Below are positions 9,864 through 19,225 of a stretch of DNA of 64,000 bases, one piece after another. Source of the DNA: Oceanispirochaeta sp. GTDB taxonomy: Bacteria; Spirochaetota; Spirochaetia; DSM-2461. The stretch's first letter is position 1; each line of letters begins with the position of its first letter. The DNA lies in NCBI GenBank assembly GCA_963663385.2, contig CAXXXD010000004.1, positions 224,001 to 288,000 on the forward strand, in the 5' to 3' direction. The position numbers were made by a program, and so were the translations under genes. The notes below the pieces were generated by a model. It was not told where the DNA came from and did no database searches. It worked only from the letters and a program-made list of their open reading frames with translations.

Positions 9864-10017
9864 GATAACGGGATTATAGCATAAGGGATGGGCTTGCGTT
9901 TCCCTTTTTATTGATCGGGAATATTGTTCTTGCTGGTTTTAAAGAAACTTCCCGGGCAGAAAAAATTCTCTGATTTTCCTGATTTCAGAAGATAATTGCA
10001 AATATATCTGTAAAAAT

Positions 10018-10046
10018 TTGAAAGCATTAGTAATTATTACTATTAT
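10018..10046 (+). promoter_or_regulatory. tpx promoter with a 7-1-7 Fur/PerR-type palindrome in the spacer
   Basis: TTGAAA (10018-10023), 17 bp, TATTAT (10041-10046). TAGTAAT-T-ATTACTA at 10028-10042. Confidence 0.6.
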
Positions 10047-10078
10047 TATATTGAATACTTGAAACAGGAGAATCAATA

Positions 10079-10579
10079 ATGGCAAATGTAACACTGCAGG
10101 GAACACCTGTAACAACAGTAGGAACCCTTCCAGAACCGGGCAGCAAAGCAGAGGATTTCCATCTGGTAAAACCGGATCTTTCGCCAATTACCCTGTCGGA
10201 GTTTGCGGGTCGGAATGTTGTTCTGAATATTTTCCCCAGTCTGGATACGGAGACCTGTGCCATGTCTGTCAGGAGATTTAACAGGGATGCTTCTTCCCTG
10301 GACAATACAGTTGTTATCTGTATTTCGGCGGATCTCCCCTTTGCCGCCGGACGTTTCTGCTCTACCGAAGGACTGGAGGATGTCTATACAGCCTCTGTAT
10401 TCCGTGATGAAGACTTTGGAAAGGATTACGGAGTAGCCTTTGCGGACGGGCCTCTGTTTGGTCTTCTTTCCCGGGCTGTCGTGGTCATCGATCCACAGGG
10501 AATTGTGAGGTATAATCAGCAGGTTCCGGAAATTGCGGATGAACCGGATTATGAATCGGTTTTGTCACTGCTGAGATGA
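10079..10579 (+). CDS. tpx: Thiol peroxidase (atypical 2-Cys peroxiredoxin)
   Basis: FPSLDTETC, ISADLPFA..RFC, LLSRAV, EPDY; AGGAG RBS. Confidence 0.95.
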   Translation: MANVTLQGTPVTTVGTLPEPGSKAEDFHLVKPDLSPITLSEFAGRNVVLNIFPSLDTETCAMSVRRFNRDASSLDNTVVICISADLPFAAGRFCSTEGLEDVYTASVFRDEDFGKDYGVAFADGPLFGLLSRAVVVIDPQGIVRYNQQVPEIADEPDYESVLSLLR

Positions 10580-10707
10580 ATTTGCACACCCCTTTCTGAA
10601 TCCGATTGATATAGCATCCGGATGATATTAAACTTATAGTTTGGTCTCGGCATTTTTATAAAGACGTTTCCGGGATCTCGGAACACAATATGGAATTGGA
10701 TTAAGAA

Positions 10708-12366
10708 GTGGATAAATCAGATTTTTTTATAATTGAAAAGACTCAATTTTCAAAGAACTCCGGCCTGACTGGCAGAGAAGGCTTATTTATATGCGATAAC
10801 AACTATGTCTGTATTGATTGTAACAACGATGCTCTCTCTATGTTCCGGTATAAGAAGGAAGAGGCTTTTCAATTATCCATTCTTTCCCTGTTTGCACCTG
10901 CTGTGATCAGTGATGTGAAAAGGGTGTTCAGTTCTCCCTCTGACATTACCTTTGAGGCTGTAATGCAAAAAAAGGATGGCAGTTCCTTTCATGGACTGAT
11001 TCATAAATCCGTATTTATTTCCGGAAATGACAAAACCTGTATTATAAGCTGTCAGGATGTCAGCCGTATGCGGCTGATCGACCGGGAATTGAGACAGAAT
11101 CGGGACGAGCTTGAAGCAATATTCGATAACGAGTATGTGGGGATTGGTCTGGTCGGAAAGGACCGCCGGATCATCCGGGCTAATAAGAAACTCGCATTCC
11201 TTTGCGGTTATGAAAAAAGTGAAGATATTATTGGTTTGGGGATGAGTGATTTTCACCTTGATAAGGAACAGAACAGTTTCTTTCAGGAACTGTACAGAAC
11301 ATCCCTGGCCGAGCATAAACATGTTCAACTGGATTTTCAGTTCAAACACCGGGATGGCTCGCCGCGGTGGATGAGTGTTTCCGGCATGATGATCGGCAGG
11401 AATCTCCCCCCCGACGAGGAGGAGAGGATCCTCTGGATTCTGGATGATATTACAGAACGGAAATCCATGGAGCGGAAGTTGAATGAAGCGAATCTGGAGC
11501 TGGAGACAATTTTTGATAATACCATGATGGGTATTCTTGTGCTGAAAGGCTATAGAAAGATATATCGCGTAAACAAACAGTTCCTCAGGATGTTCGGTTA
11601 TGAATCAGAAGAGGAATGGATCGGAGAATCAGTCAGGAAGCTGCATCTCTCTGACGGGAATTTCAGGGAGTTCGGAGAGAAGTTCTACGATCTCCTTGTG
11701 AATCATGAAGTTCTTGAGGTTGAATATCAGCTGAAAAAAAAAGACGGAAGTCCCATCTGGATCGCCATATCGGGGAAGGCTATGGATCCGGTAAGTCCCT
11801 GCGATCTGTCCAAGGGGGTTGTGTGGATTATCCAGGATATTAATGAACGGAAAAAAAACGAAGCTGAATTGCAGAGGCTGGCGACGACTGATCCTCTGAC
11901 CGGGATATTGAACAGGAGGTCCTTTACAAACCTGGCGTCCCGGGAATTTGAGATCCGGTGCCGTTACCAGACACCCCTGTCCCTGCTGATGCTTGATATA
12001 GATCATTTTAAGAAAATCAATGATCAATACGGACATAACTGCGGTGATACGGCCCTCCGTCTATTCTCCAGACTCTGTAAACGGGAGATCCGTTCCACCG
12101 ATATTTTCGGTCGTTTTGGTGGAGAGGAGTTTGCTATTCTTCTTCTGGGACTGGATCAGAGGGATGCGCGGCAGGTCGCAGAACGTATACGTCGCAGCAT
12201 TGAAAGGGAAACACCCGATGAGTCGGAGTCTGCTCCAGCTATGACAGTCAGTATCGGATTAGTGACAGTATCGGAAGAGGATACTCTGGAGAGTACCCTT
12301 TCCAAAGCGGATAAACTGATGTACAAAGCCAAACGGAGTGGACGAAACCGGATATGCTCCCAATAG
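10708..12366 (+). CDS. Multi-PAS sensor diguanylate cyclase
   Basis: Three PAS-like repeats (KKDGS, HRDGSPRW, DITERK); DPLTG, DIDHFKKIND, RSTD I-site, GGEEF. Confidence 0.92.
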   Translation: MDKSDFFIIEKTQFSKNSGLTGREGLFICDNNYVCIDCNNDALSMFRYKKEEAFQLSILSLFAPAVISDVKRVFSSPSDITFEAVMQKKDGSSFHGLIHKSVFISGNDKTCIISCQDVSRMRLIDRELRQNRDELEAIFDNEYVGIGLVGKDRRIIRANKKLAFLCGYEKSEDIIGLGMSDFHLDKEQNSFFQELYRTSLAEHKHVQLDFQFKHRDGSPRWMSVSGMMIGRNLPPDEEERILWILDDITERKSMERKLNEANLELETIFDNTMMGILVLKGYRKIYRVNKQFLRMFGYESEEEWIGESVRKLHLSDGNFREFGEKFYDLLVNHEVLEVEYQLKKKDGSPIWIAISGKAMDPVSPCDLSKGVVWIIQDINERKKNEAELQRLATTDPLTGILNRRSFTNLASREFEIRCRYQTPLSLLMLDIDHFKKINDQYGHNCGDTALRLFSRLCKREIRSTDIFGRFGGEEFAILLLGLDQRDARQVAERIRRSIERETPDESESAPAMTVSIGLVTVSEEDTLESTLSKADKLMYKAKRSGRNRICSQ

Positions 12367-12449
12367 AGCGCACCCGAATTTCTCCATAGATTAACTATCT
12401 CTGTCTGAACCAGTCTATCAGGGCTGTTTCTCCAGAATATTCCGATATC

Positions 12450-13421
12450 CTATTTCAGTATCTGGGAAGAAACAGGATCTGTCGGTTCTCCCCCGATAGT
12501 CGCTCTGATTGTGGCGATCCCCTCCGCTTCAAAGGCTGAGGCAACCTTGTCCTGCAGCTCTTTTCCGGGGGTCAGGGCTACCATATATCCTCCCCGGCCT
12601 CCCCCTGTCACCTTGGCGCCAAAGGCGCCCAGGGCATTGGCTCTGTTGCAGAGTTCAATCAGTTTTTCATGTGAGAGTCCCATATCAATAAGTATTTCAT
12701 GGTTTTCATTCATAATGCGGCCGGTCTCCTTCAGATCTCCCGCAGAAAGGGCATGACCCAGCTCTTCAACCTGGCTTTTAATCCGTGTCAGCCTTTTATC
12801 AAAAAGATCGGGATCTTTTTTCTGCTGTTCTTCCAGAAAGCCCTTCAGGGATGCGGTATTGGCTGTTATCCCGCTATTCCCCAACACGATTTCGACCGGT
12901 TCCGACAGAGTGATTCTTTCAAACTGTTTGACATCGTCCTTTATTCTGTATTTAATGACGCCCCCGTAGGTGGATACTGTGTTGTCCAGACCGCTTGGAA
13001 GACCGTGATATCCGAATTCTCCTTCCCAGGCTACATGGTTTATATCCAGAATATCCATTCCCAAATCGAATTCCCGGTTGCAGGCCCGGGTAAAGGAGAC
13101 GCAGATTGCCGCACTGGCTCCCACGCCGCTGCCGGCCAGAAGATCTCCCTCTACAGTTATCTTTATGGGATTCTTTTCCAGATCCAGTCCCATAACTTCC
13201 ACCATCCTGTCAAAGGAAGCCTGGCAATCCTCTTCTTTTGCTTTTTTATAACCGGGGACTTCTATTCTATTGTCTTCCAGTACCCAGCCGGATCCCGATT
13301 CAAGGCGTTCTACATGGCATTCTGTTTCAAAGGGAATAGCCGAAAGAACAGCCGGGACTTCCCATAAAACAAACTGATCGCCGATTAATATTGTTTTTCC
13401 GAATCCTTTTCCTGTGCCCAT
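12450..13421 (-). CDS. Mevalonate-kinase-like GHMP kinase with altered substrate motif
   Basis: GKTILIGDQFV (usually GEH), LAGSGVGASAA, HGLPSGLDN, GAKVTGGGRGG. Confidence 0.85.
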   Translation of the reverse strand: MGTGKGFGKTILIGDQFVLWEVPAVLSAIPFETECHVERLESGSGWVLEDNRIEVPGYKKAKEEDCQASFDRMVEVMGLDLEKNPIKITVEGDLLAGSGVGASAAICVSFTRACNREFDLGMDILDINHVAWEGEFGYHGLPSGLDNTVSTYGGVIKYRIKDDVKQFERITLSEPVEIVLGNSGITANTASLKGFLEEQQKKDPDLFDKRLTRIKSQVEELGHALSAGDLKETGRIMNENHEILIDMGLSHEKLIELCNRANALGAFGAKVTGGGRGGYMVALTPGKELQDKVASAFEAEGIATIRATIGGEPTDPVSSQILK

Positions 13422-14648
13422 TTATTTCATTCTCCTTTTGCTTAATACTATTTCAACTTCATCTATAAGCTGTTGTTCCTGTCCGATCTTCACCGTGGTG
13501 GCTGCTGACAGTCCATGGCAGGCGTCCGCAAAGCCTCCCAGATGCTCTGTCGCTTCGGGGAGGAATGTGTTCAGGCCGGGAATCCTGCCGGCTCTGATCT
13601 GTACAGTCAGTTCTTCCGATACTCTCATGGAAATTTTTGTTGAATCGAATCTGATCTCTCCAAAGCCCGGGACCCTGTCTGGAACATGCTGAAATCCTGC
13701 CAGATACTTTGACCTGTCCAGGAAATCCATGTCCTTTATCATAGTGCAGAACACACCGATCATCTTTACGCCCATGGGCTGAAAGCGGTCTTCCACATCG
13801 AACCACTGCAGGTGCTCCGTTGTATTTATCGTTTCTTTGAGTCTTTCAATTTCGTTCCGGAATATGATGTTCTGCTTACGGATCAATTCATCTGCATATT
13901 CCGCAGTAGCGGAATCAATCCCTGACTGGCAGATCTCTACACCCCGATCCGTCCCGTTGCTGTAATACCCGACACCGCCCATCGTATCCAGGGTACGGCA
14001 GAGTTCTTCAGCTTTATACTCCCGGTCTCCCAGATTCATAAAGTACTGTTCGCCTTCTTCTGTTTTTTCAACACGGAGCAGGGATTTTTCCTCAGCGATT
14101 TTCATCACATCCCTGTTCACGCCTGAGAGACAGCCTTCTACCAGAAACCCGTCTCCTATGGCTCCGAGGGCGCCCAGGTGAGAGTAGGGTTCCGCACTTT
14201 TCCCCATGCTCTGAAGAAGCCGGTTCGCAAACAGATAGCAGGTAGCTGAGGCCGATATGTCGCGGTCACCCTTTAAACCGAACAGTTCCCCGTCCAGGCA
14301 GAAAACCGAATCATCAATTACTCCTTCAGTCGGATGGTGATCCAGAATGATTATAAGATTCCGACCTTTGTTCATATCTGCTATGATAGGAGCAATCTTG
14401 CCGGCAAAATCGGCAAAAAAGATAATCTGATCATCCCCCGGCAGTATTTTCTCCAGAACCTGAGGATACGGTTTTTCCAGTGAGAACCGGGAAACTTTAT
14501 AGCCGGATTGGCTTAGAGCATTCAGAAGAATGGTTCCCGAGCTTAAACCGTCTGTATCATTATGATGCAGAAGCGTAATTTCCCGGGCCGGATTCTTCTG
14601 TAATGCCGCGATGGCTTTATCCATTGCTAAAAGAAGGTTATCAATCAT
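13422..14648 (-). CDS. DHH family phosphoesterase
   Basis: HHNDTDG, FADF, ILDHHP, GAIGD. The C-terminal GGGH motif is degenerate (FADACH). Abuts the kinase gene. Confidence 0.8.
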   Translation of the reverse strand: MIDNLLLAMDKAIAALQKNPAREITLLHHNDTDGLSSGTILLNALSQSGYKVSRFSLEKPYPQVLEKILPGDDQIIFFADFAGKIAPIIADMNKGRNLIIILDHHPTEGVIDDSVFCLDGELFGLKGDRDISASATCYLFANRLLQSMGKSAEPYSHLGALGAIGDGFLVEGCLSGVNRDVMKIAEEKSLLRVEKTEEGEQYFMNLGDREYKAEELCRTLDTMGGVGYYSNGTDRGVEICQSGIDSATAEYADELIRKQNIIFRNEIERLKETINTTEHLQWFDVEDRFQPMGVKMIGVFCTMIKDMDFLDRSKYLAGFQHVPDRVPGFGEIRFDSTKISMRVSEELTVQIRAGRIPGLNTFLPEATEHLGGFADACHGLSAATTVKIGQEQQLIDEVEIVLSKRRMK

Positions 14649-14682
14649 TGTTTCTCCAAATAGGTTTAAAAATCAAAGGTTA

Positions 14683-14698
14683 TGAACGTTTTCGATCA
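14683..14698. promoter_or_regulatory. Candidate DeoR/GlpR-type operator upstream of the DHH-kinase operon
   Basis: TGAACG-TTTT-CGATCA, one mismatch from the perfect site at 15781. Confidence 0.6.
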
Positions 14699-14786
14699 GT
14701 ATAAGCTGTACAATTGATCGTTTGCAACCATTATTTTGTAAAATCTTTGAGTTGATTCCTTTAGATACTCTGAATATAATGGAAAA

Positions 14787-15584
14787 ATGAAGGATAACGA
14801 TCAAACAAAACAGCTGCAGTCCCAGGGGGCAAGGCAGGAGAGAATCATTGAACTGGTGCAGAGAGACGGTCATGTTCGGGTTCTTGATTTAAGTAAACTG
14901 CTGAATGTCTCGGAAATCACCATCCGGCGGGACCTGGCCATGCTTGAAAAGAAAAACCTTCTTGAGCGAACCCATGGCGGAGCCATATCAACGCATCGTA
15001 TCTACAAAGAGGTCAATTACAGCAGCCGGTCCGATCTGGAACTGGAGAGTAAAGACTCCATAGGAAAGCTGGCTGCTGAGATGATTAATGACGGCGATAC
15101 GGTCTTTATTAACGGGGGATCCACTACCTATCATATATTCAGGTATATTAAAAGTGAAAATGTAAAAATCATAACCACAAATCCCGGGAGCATCGGACAA
15201 ATCGAAAGACCGGATATCGAACTGATACTGGCCGGCGGTTTGTATCATCCCCAATCCAATTCCTTCTACGGCGGTATCACCAATGAAATTCTGAACCAGG
15301 TAAATGCCAATAAGGCAATTATCGGGGTTCACGGCATAAGCTGCCTTTACGGTATAACCACTCCTATGCAGTATGCGGCAGAAACAACCAGGCTTATGAT
15401 AAACAGGACAAGGGGAGAAGTTATCGTTGTGGCGGATCATAGCAAAATCGGGCTGGTTTCCGACTATGTTACCTGTCCTACAAACCGGATAAATACCCTG
15501 ATTACCGATCGATTTCCTGATGAAGAGTATAGGAAGGACTTTGAGGAACTGGGGATTAAAGTTATACAAACCGGTTCTAAATAA
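14787..15584 (+). CDS. DeoR/GlpR family transcriptional regulator
   Basis: VSEITIRRDL..RTHGGA, FINGGSTT, VADHSKIG. Preceded by TTGATT-17-TATAAT. Confidence 0.95.
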   Translation: MKDNDQTKQLQSQGARQERIIELVQRDGHVRVLDLSKLLNVSEITIRRDLAMLEKKNLLERTHGGAISTHRIYKEVNYSSRSDLELESKDSIGKLAAEMINDGDTVFINGGSTTYHIFRYIKSENVKIITTNPGSIGQIERPDIELILAGGLYHPQSNSFYGGITNEILNQVNANKAIIGVHGISCLYGITTPMQYAAETTRLMINRTRGEVIVVADHSKIGLVSDYVTCPTNRINTLITDRFPDEEYRKDFEELGIKVIQTGSK

Positions 15585-15743
15585 GTTCTTTTTTCAGTTC
15601 ATTTTTATTCTACTTTTCTCTCCCCTCCGGGTTTTTCCGGACACATAGAGTCTGTACAAATGCATGGATTCAATAGGTGATCGACTTGGTTCACAATGTT
15701 TATTGCGATGTTCGTAAACAATCTTCAAATTGCAAATTATTGT

Positions 15744-15798
15744 TTGACAGACTGAAAGTATCGGGTTAATGTTTCATTAATGATCGAGAACGATCATT
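15744..15798 (+). promoter_or_regulatory. Promoter of the Ugp-like ABC operon with an operator palindrome at the start site
   Basis: TTGACA (15744-15749), 17 bp, TAATGT (15767-15772). AATGATCG-AGAA-CGATCATT at 15779-15798. Confidence 0.7.
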
Positions 15799-15968
15799 CA
15801 GTGAAGCGCTTTTTTATTAGAAGAGATCAGGATGAATTTGATCGTGAAAATAGAATCATACGATCGGTTCCGATCTTTTTTCTTAAATTGTTTCAGTCAC
15901 TTAGGGATCCTTTTCCTCTAATACTTCAGAGGAAAAGGATCGGGAAAATAAAGAATAAGGAGAATTAC

Positions 15969-17306
15969 ATGAAGAAAATCAGAATGGTAGCTATAATCCT
16001 TTTTGTAGCTTTGATTTTTCCAGTTGCTGTGTCGGCGGGAGGCAGTGTTGATGTCGATGAATCGGCGGAAGTCAATATTGAATTCTGGCATGCTATGGGG
16101 GGTGACAGAATTGAGCTGATACAGGGAATTGTCGATCAGTTTATGAAAGAGAATCCCAATATCAAAGTGGATGTACAGTACTCCGGATCTTATAATGATA
16201 CGTTGAACAAAGTAAAATCGGCTTATAAAGCGGGAAATGCCCCAGATATCTTCCATTCTTATGAAATCGGTACTCTTGGATTGATTAACAGCGGGATTAT
16301 TTCTCCTCTTGATGAAATGGCTGCTAAATATGAACGTACAATCCCCTGGGATGATTTCTTTACCCCTGTGCAGAGTTATTACAAGTATAAAGGCGATCAC
16401 TATTCCATGCCGTTCAACTCTTCTACGCCTCTGATTTTCTATAACAAATCCTTTTTCGAGAAAGCCGGTCTGGATCCTGAAAATCCCCCGAAAACATACG
16501 GAGAAATCAGAGAAGCTGCTCTTGCCCTCAGGAAAGCCGGATTTGAGACTCCTATTACCTGGAATCTGCATTCATGGTATTTCGAAGAGATGATCTGTCT
16601 CCAGGATGAACCCTTTGTTAACGATAAAAACGGAAGAAGCGGTGAACTCCCCACAGAAGTTGTTTTCAACGGCAAACAGGGACAGACCGTACTCGACTGG
16701 TGGATCGGTCTGGAGAAAGAAGGACTGTTTCTTGACGTAGGTCCGGGCTGGTCAAACCATAGAGCAGCTTTCGGTTCCGGGGAAGCGGCGATTGTCATGT
16801 CTTCTTCATCAGATGTCAATACACTCACAGCTGCACTTGCGGAAAAAGGCTGGGAAATGGGAACCGGTTACATTCCAAGACCTGAAGGGGCCAAAGGCGG
16901 TGTTGCGATCGGTGGCGGTTCATTATGGATGACCAACAATCATACTCCGGAAGAAGAGCTGGCTGCGCTCAAGCTTATTACTTATATTTCTGAAGATGAG
17001 GCGCAGATGGCCTGGCACAAAGGTACCGGATATTTTCCTGTACGTAAAACAGCCATGGACAAGCTGAAGTCCGAAGGTTGGTTTGAAGAAAATCCCAACT
17101 ACCTGACTGCTTTCAATCAGCTGCTGGACAGTCCTGAATCATTGAATACGGCAGGAAGTCTTCTGGGTGTTTTTCCCGAAGTCAGAGAGCTGGTTCAGTC
17201 CGCTATTCAGGAAATGTATGCAGGCAAGCCTATCAAAGAAGCTCTCGATGAAGCTGCTGCTAAAGCAAATGCTTCAATAGCAGAGTGGAATGAAGTCATC
17301 CAGTAA
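15969..17306 (+). CDS. ABC transporter substrate-binding protein (UgpB/CUT1-like)
   Basis: Signal peptide; IEFWHAMGG, SMPFNSSTPLIFYNK, IGGGSLW, WHKGTGYFPV. AAGGAG RBS supports ATG 15969. Confidence 0.9.
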   Translation: MKKIRMVAIILFVALIFPVAVSAGGSVDVDESAEVNIEFWHAMGGDRIELIQGIVDQFMKENPNIKVDVQYSGSYNDTLNKVKSAYKAGNAPDIFHSYEIGTLGLINSGIISPLDEMAAKYERTIPWDDFFTPVQSYYKYKGDHYSMPFNSSTPLIFYNKSFFEKAGLDPENPPKTYGEIREAALALRKAGFETPITWNLHSWYFEEMICLQDEPFVNDKNGRSGELPTEVVFNGKQGQTVLDWWIGLEKEGLFLDVGPGWSNHRAAFGSGEAAIVMSSSSDVNTLTAALAEKGWEMGTGYIPRPEGAKGGVAIGGGSLWMTNNHTPEEELAALKLITYISEDEAQMAWHKGTGYFPVRKTAMDKLKSEGWFEENPNYLTAFNQLLDSPESLNTAGSLLGVFPEVRELVQSAIQEMYAGKPIKEALDEAAAKANASIAEWNEVIQ

Positions 17307-17330
17307 AAGTTAAAAAAAATGTACATTGGG

Positions 17331-17362
17331 GAGCCGTTCTTCTTTTGAAGAACGGCTCTTTT
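17331..17362 (+). terminator. Intercistronic hairpin or partial terminator after the binding-protein gene
   Basis: GAGCCGTTCTTC-TTTT-GAAGAACGGCTC followed by TTTT. Confidence 0.7.
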
Positions 17363-17377
17363 GACAAGAGGTATTTT

Positions 17378-18247
17378 ATGAATCAATCAACCTTTAATAA
17401 CAGGTGGCTTCCCTATATCTTACTGGTACCGACTTTTCTGGTTCTCTGTATTTTTCTATTTTATCCGGCGATTGAGACTTTCAGACTGAGTTTATACAAA
17501 GTCCATCCCTGGTCAGGAGCCACAAAATTTGCAGGATTATACAATTTCTCCAAAGTTTTTCAGAATCCTGATTACCTGGACAGTTTTATTCTGTCCGCCG
17601 GTTTTGCCCTTGCTGTAATTTTCGGAGGGCTGTTTTTCAGTCTGCTTGTGGCTCTTCTGCTCAATATGAAATTGAAGGGAATACGTTTCTACCGTACCTT
17701 TCTGATCTGGCCGTATGCTTTATCTCCGGCTATAGCCGGTGCCCTGTTTAATTTTCTGTTCAATCCGGCCAATGGGGTTCTCTGTTATTTTACAGGTGCG
17801 CGAACCTGGCTGACCAGCGAAAAAACAGCTATTATTGTTGTGATTGTTGCGGCGGTCTGGAAAAATCTGGGATACAACATAATTTTCTATCTGACAGCGC
17901 TGCGGAATGTGCCTGGTGCGGCATTGGAATCGGCTTCGATCGATGGGGCAGGACCGGTTAAGAGGTTTTTATATATTACTTTCGCCTTTTTATCTCCTAC
18001 GACTTTTTTCCTCTTCGTAATGAACACGATTTACGCTTATTTCTCCTGTTTTGGTTTGATAGATGTATTGACTGAGGGAGGACCGTCCGGATCAACCGGG
18101 GTTCTCATCTACCATCTTTATAAAGATTTCTTCGTCCATTCGAAAATCGGATACGCAGCGGCCGAGAGTCTGGTTCTCTTCACTTTGGTTGTCGGGGTTA
18201 CAATCCTTCAATTCAAAACAACCGGCAAAAAAGTCCACTATCAATAA
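17378..18247 (+). CDS. ABC permease (UgpA-like)
   Basis: YRTFLIWPYALSPA, WKNLGYN, EAA-like LESASIDGA, LTEGGP. Confidence 0.92.
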   Translation: MNQSTFNNRWLPYILLVPTFLVLCIFLFYPAIETFRLSLYKVHPWSGATKFAGLYNFSKVFQNPDYLDSFILSAGFALAVIFGGLFFSLLVALLLNMKLKGIRFYRTFLIWPYALSPAIAGALFNFLFNPANGVLCYFTGARTWLTSEKTAIIVVIVAAVWKNLGYNIIFYLTALRNVPGAALESASIDGAGPVKRFLYITFAFLSPTTFFLFVMNTIYAYFSCFGLIDVLTEGGPSGSTGVLIYHLYKDFFVHSKIGYAAAESLVLFTLVVGVTILQFKTTGKKVHYQ

Positions 18248-18264
18248 AAAAGGAGAGAAACCCT

Positions 18265-19089
18265 GTGAGTTATTCTAAAAAAAAGACCTTTGGCCTGCAC
18301 TTTCTGCTGGTTCTGTGTATTCTTATCATCAGCCTGCCCGTTATTCTGGCCCTGATCATCAGCACTCAGTCAGAAGCCCAGGTTATGTCCTATCCCCCGG
18401 GACTGATTCCCGGGACGAACATGATAAACAATTATACGACCGCATGGAATTCCGTTAATCTGGGACGAATGATATTCAATTCGACCTTCATTTCCTTCGG
18501 CGTTATTGCCGGGAAAGTATCGATGAGCCTTCTCGCCGCCTTTGCCTTCACTCATTTTGAGTTCAAAGGGAAAAACCTTCTTTTCGGTCTGATCCTCGTC
18601 ACACTCCTTCTGCCGGTACCGGTCAGGATTGTCGCCCTCTTCGATGTTATCAGGAGCATGGGGTGGATAAATACCTATGCGGGGCTGATGATACCCTTCT
18701 GGGCAAGCGCTACAAGTATATTTATTCTGATTCAGAGGTTTAGGGTTGTTCCTTCGGAGTTGATCGACGCATCGAAAATGGATGGCTGTCAGCCCATGCA
18801 GTATTTTTTCAAAGTACTGCTTCCTCTGACGAAAAGTACCATCGGAGCTCTTGTGGTAATCAATTTTATTTATATCTGGAATCAGTATCTCTGGCCTCTC
18901 ATGGCAACCAACAGTGATGATATGAGGGTTGTTCAGATTGGTATAAAAATGCTGATGAGCGCTGAATCCACCAATAACTGGGGAGTCATTATGGCCGGAG
19001 TTATTATAACCATGATCCCGCCGCTCCTCATTTTTATTATTATGCAGGAGAGTTTCATGGCAGGATTCGCTCTTGAGAGCGAAAAATAG
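18265..19089 (+). CDS. ABC permease (UgpE-like)
   Basis: AAFAF..FEFKGK, ELIDASKMDG, FIYIWNQYLWPL; GTG start after AGGAG. Confidence 0.92.
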   Translation: MSYSKKKTFGLHFLLVLCILIISLPVILALIISTQSEAQVMSYPPGLIPGTNMINNYTTAWNSVNLGRMIFNSTFISFGVIAGKVSMSLLAAFAFTHFEFKGKNLLFGLILVTLLLPVPVRIVALFDVIRSMGWINTYAGLMIPFWASATSIFILIQRFRVVPSELIDASKMDGCQPMQYFFKVLLPLTKSTIGALVVINFIYIWNQYLWPLMATNSDDMRVVQIGIKMLMSAESTNNWGVIMAGVIITMIPPLLIFIIMQESFMAGFALESEK

Positions 19090-19225
19090 CTGAAGAGGAT
19101 AATTCTTCAGGCTTCTAGATCATGAGCTTCAAAATACTGAGACACGGCTTTTTTTCCTCCGGACAGAATCCAGATTCTTCCTGTGGGGGCTGTTTCCTCG
19201 GAAGAGGAGGGAGGTTGGAATACTT

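Noticed and set aside
12450..13421. Mevalonate pathway operon
   Set aside because: No HMG-CoA synthase or reductase, phosphomevalonate kinase, decarboxylase or IDI gene is in the window.
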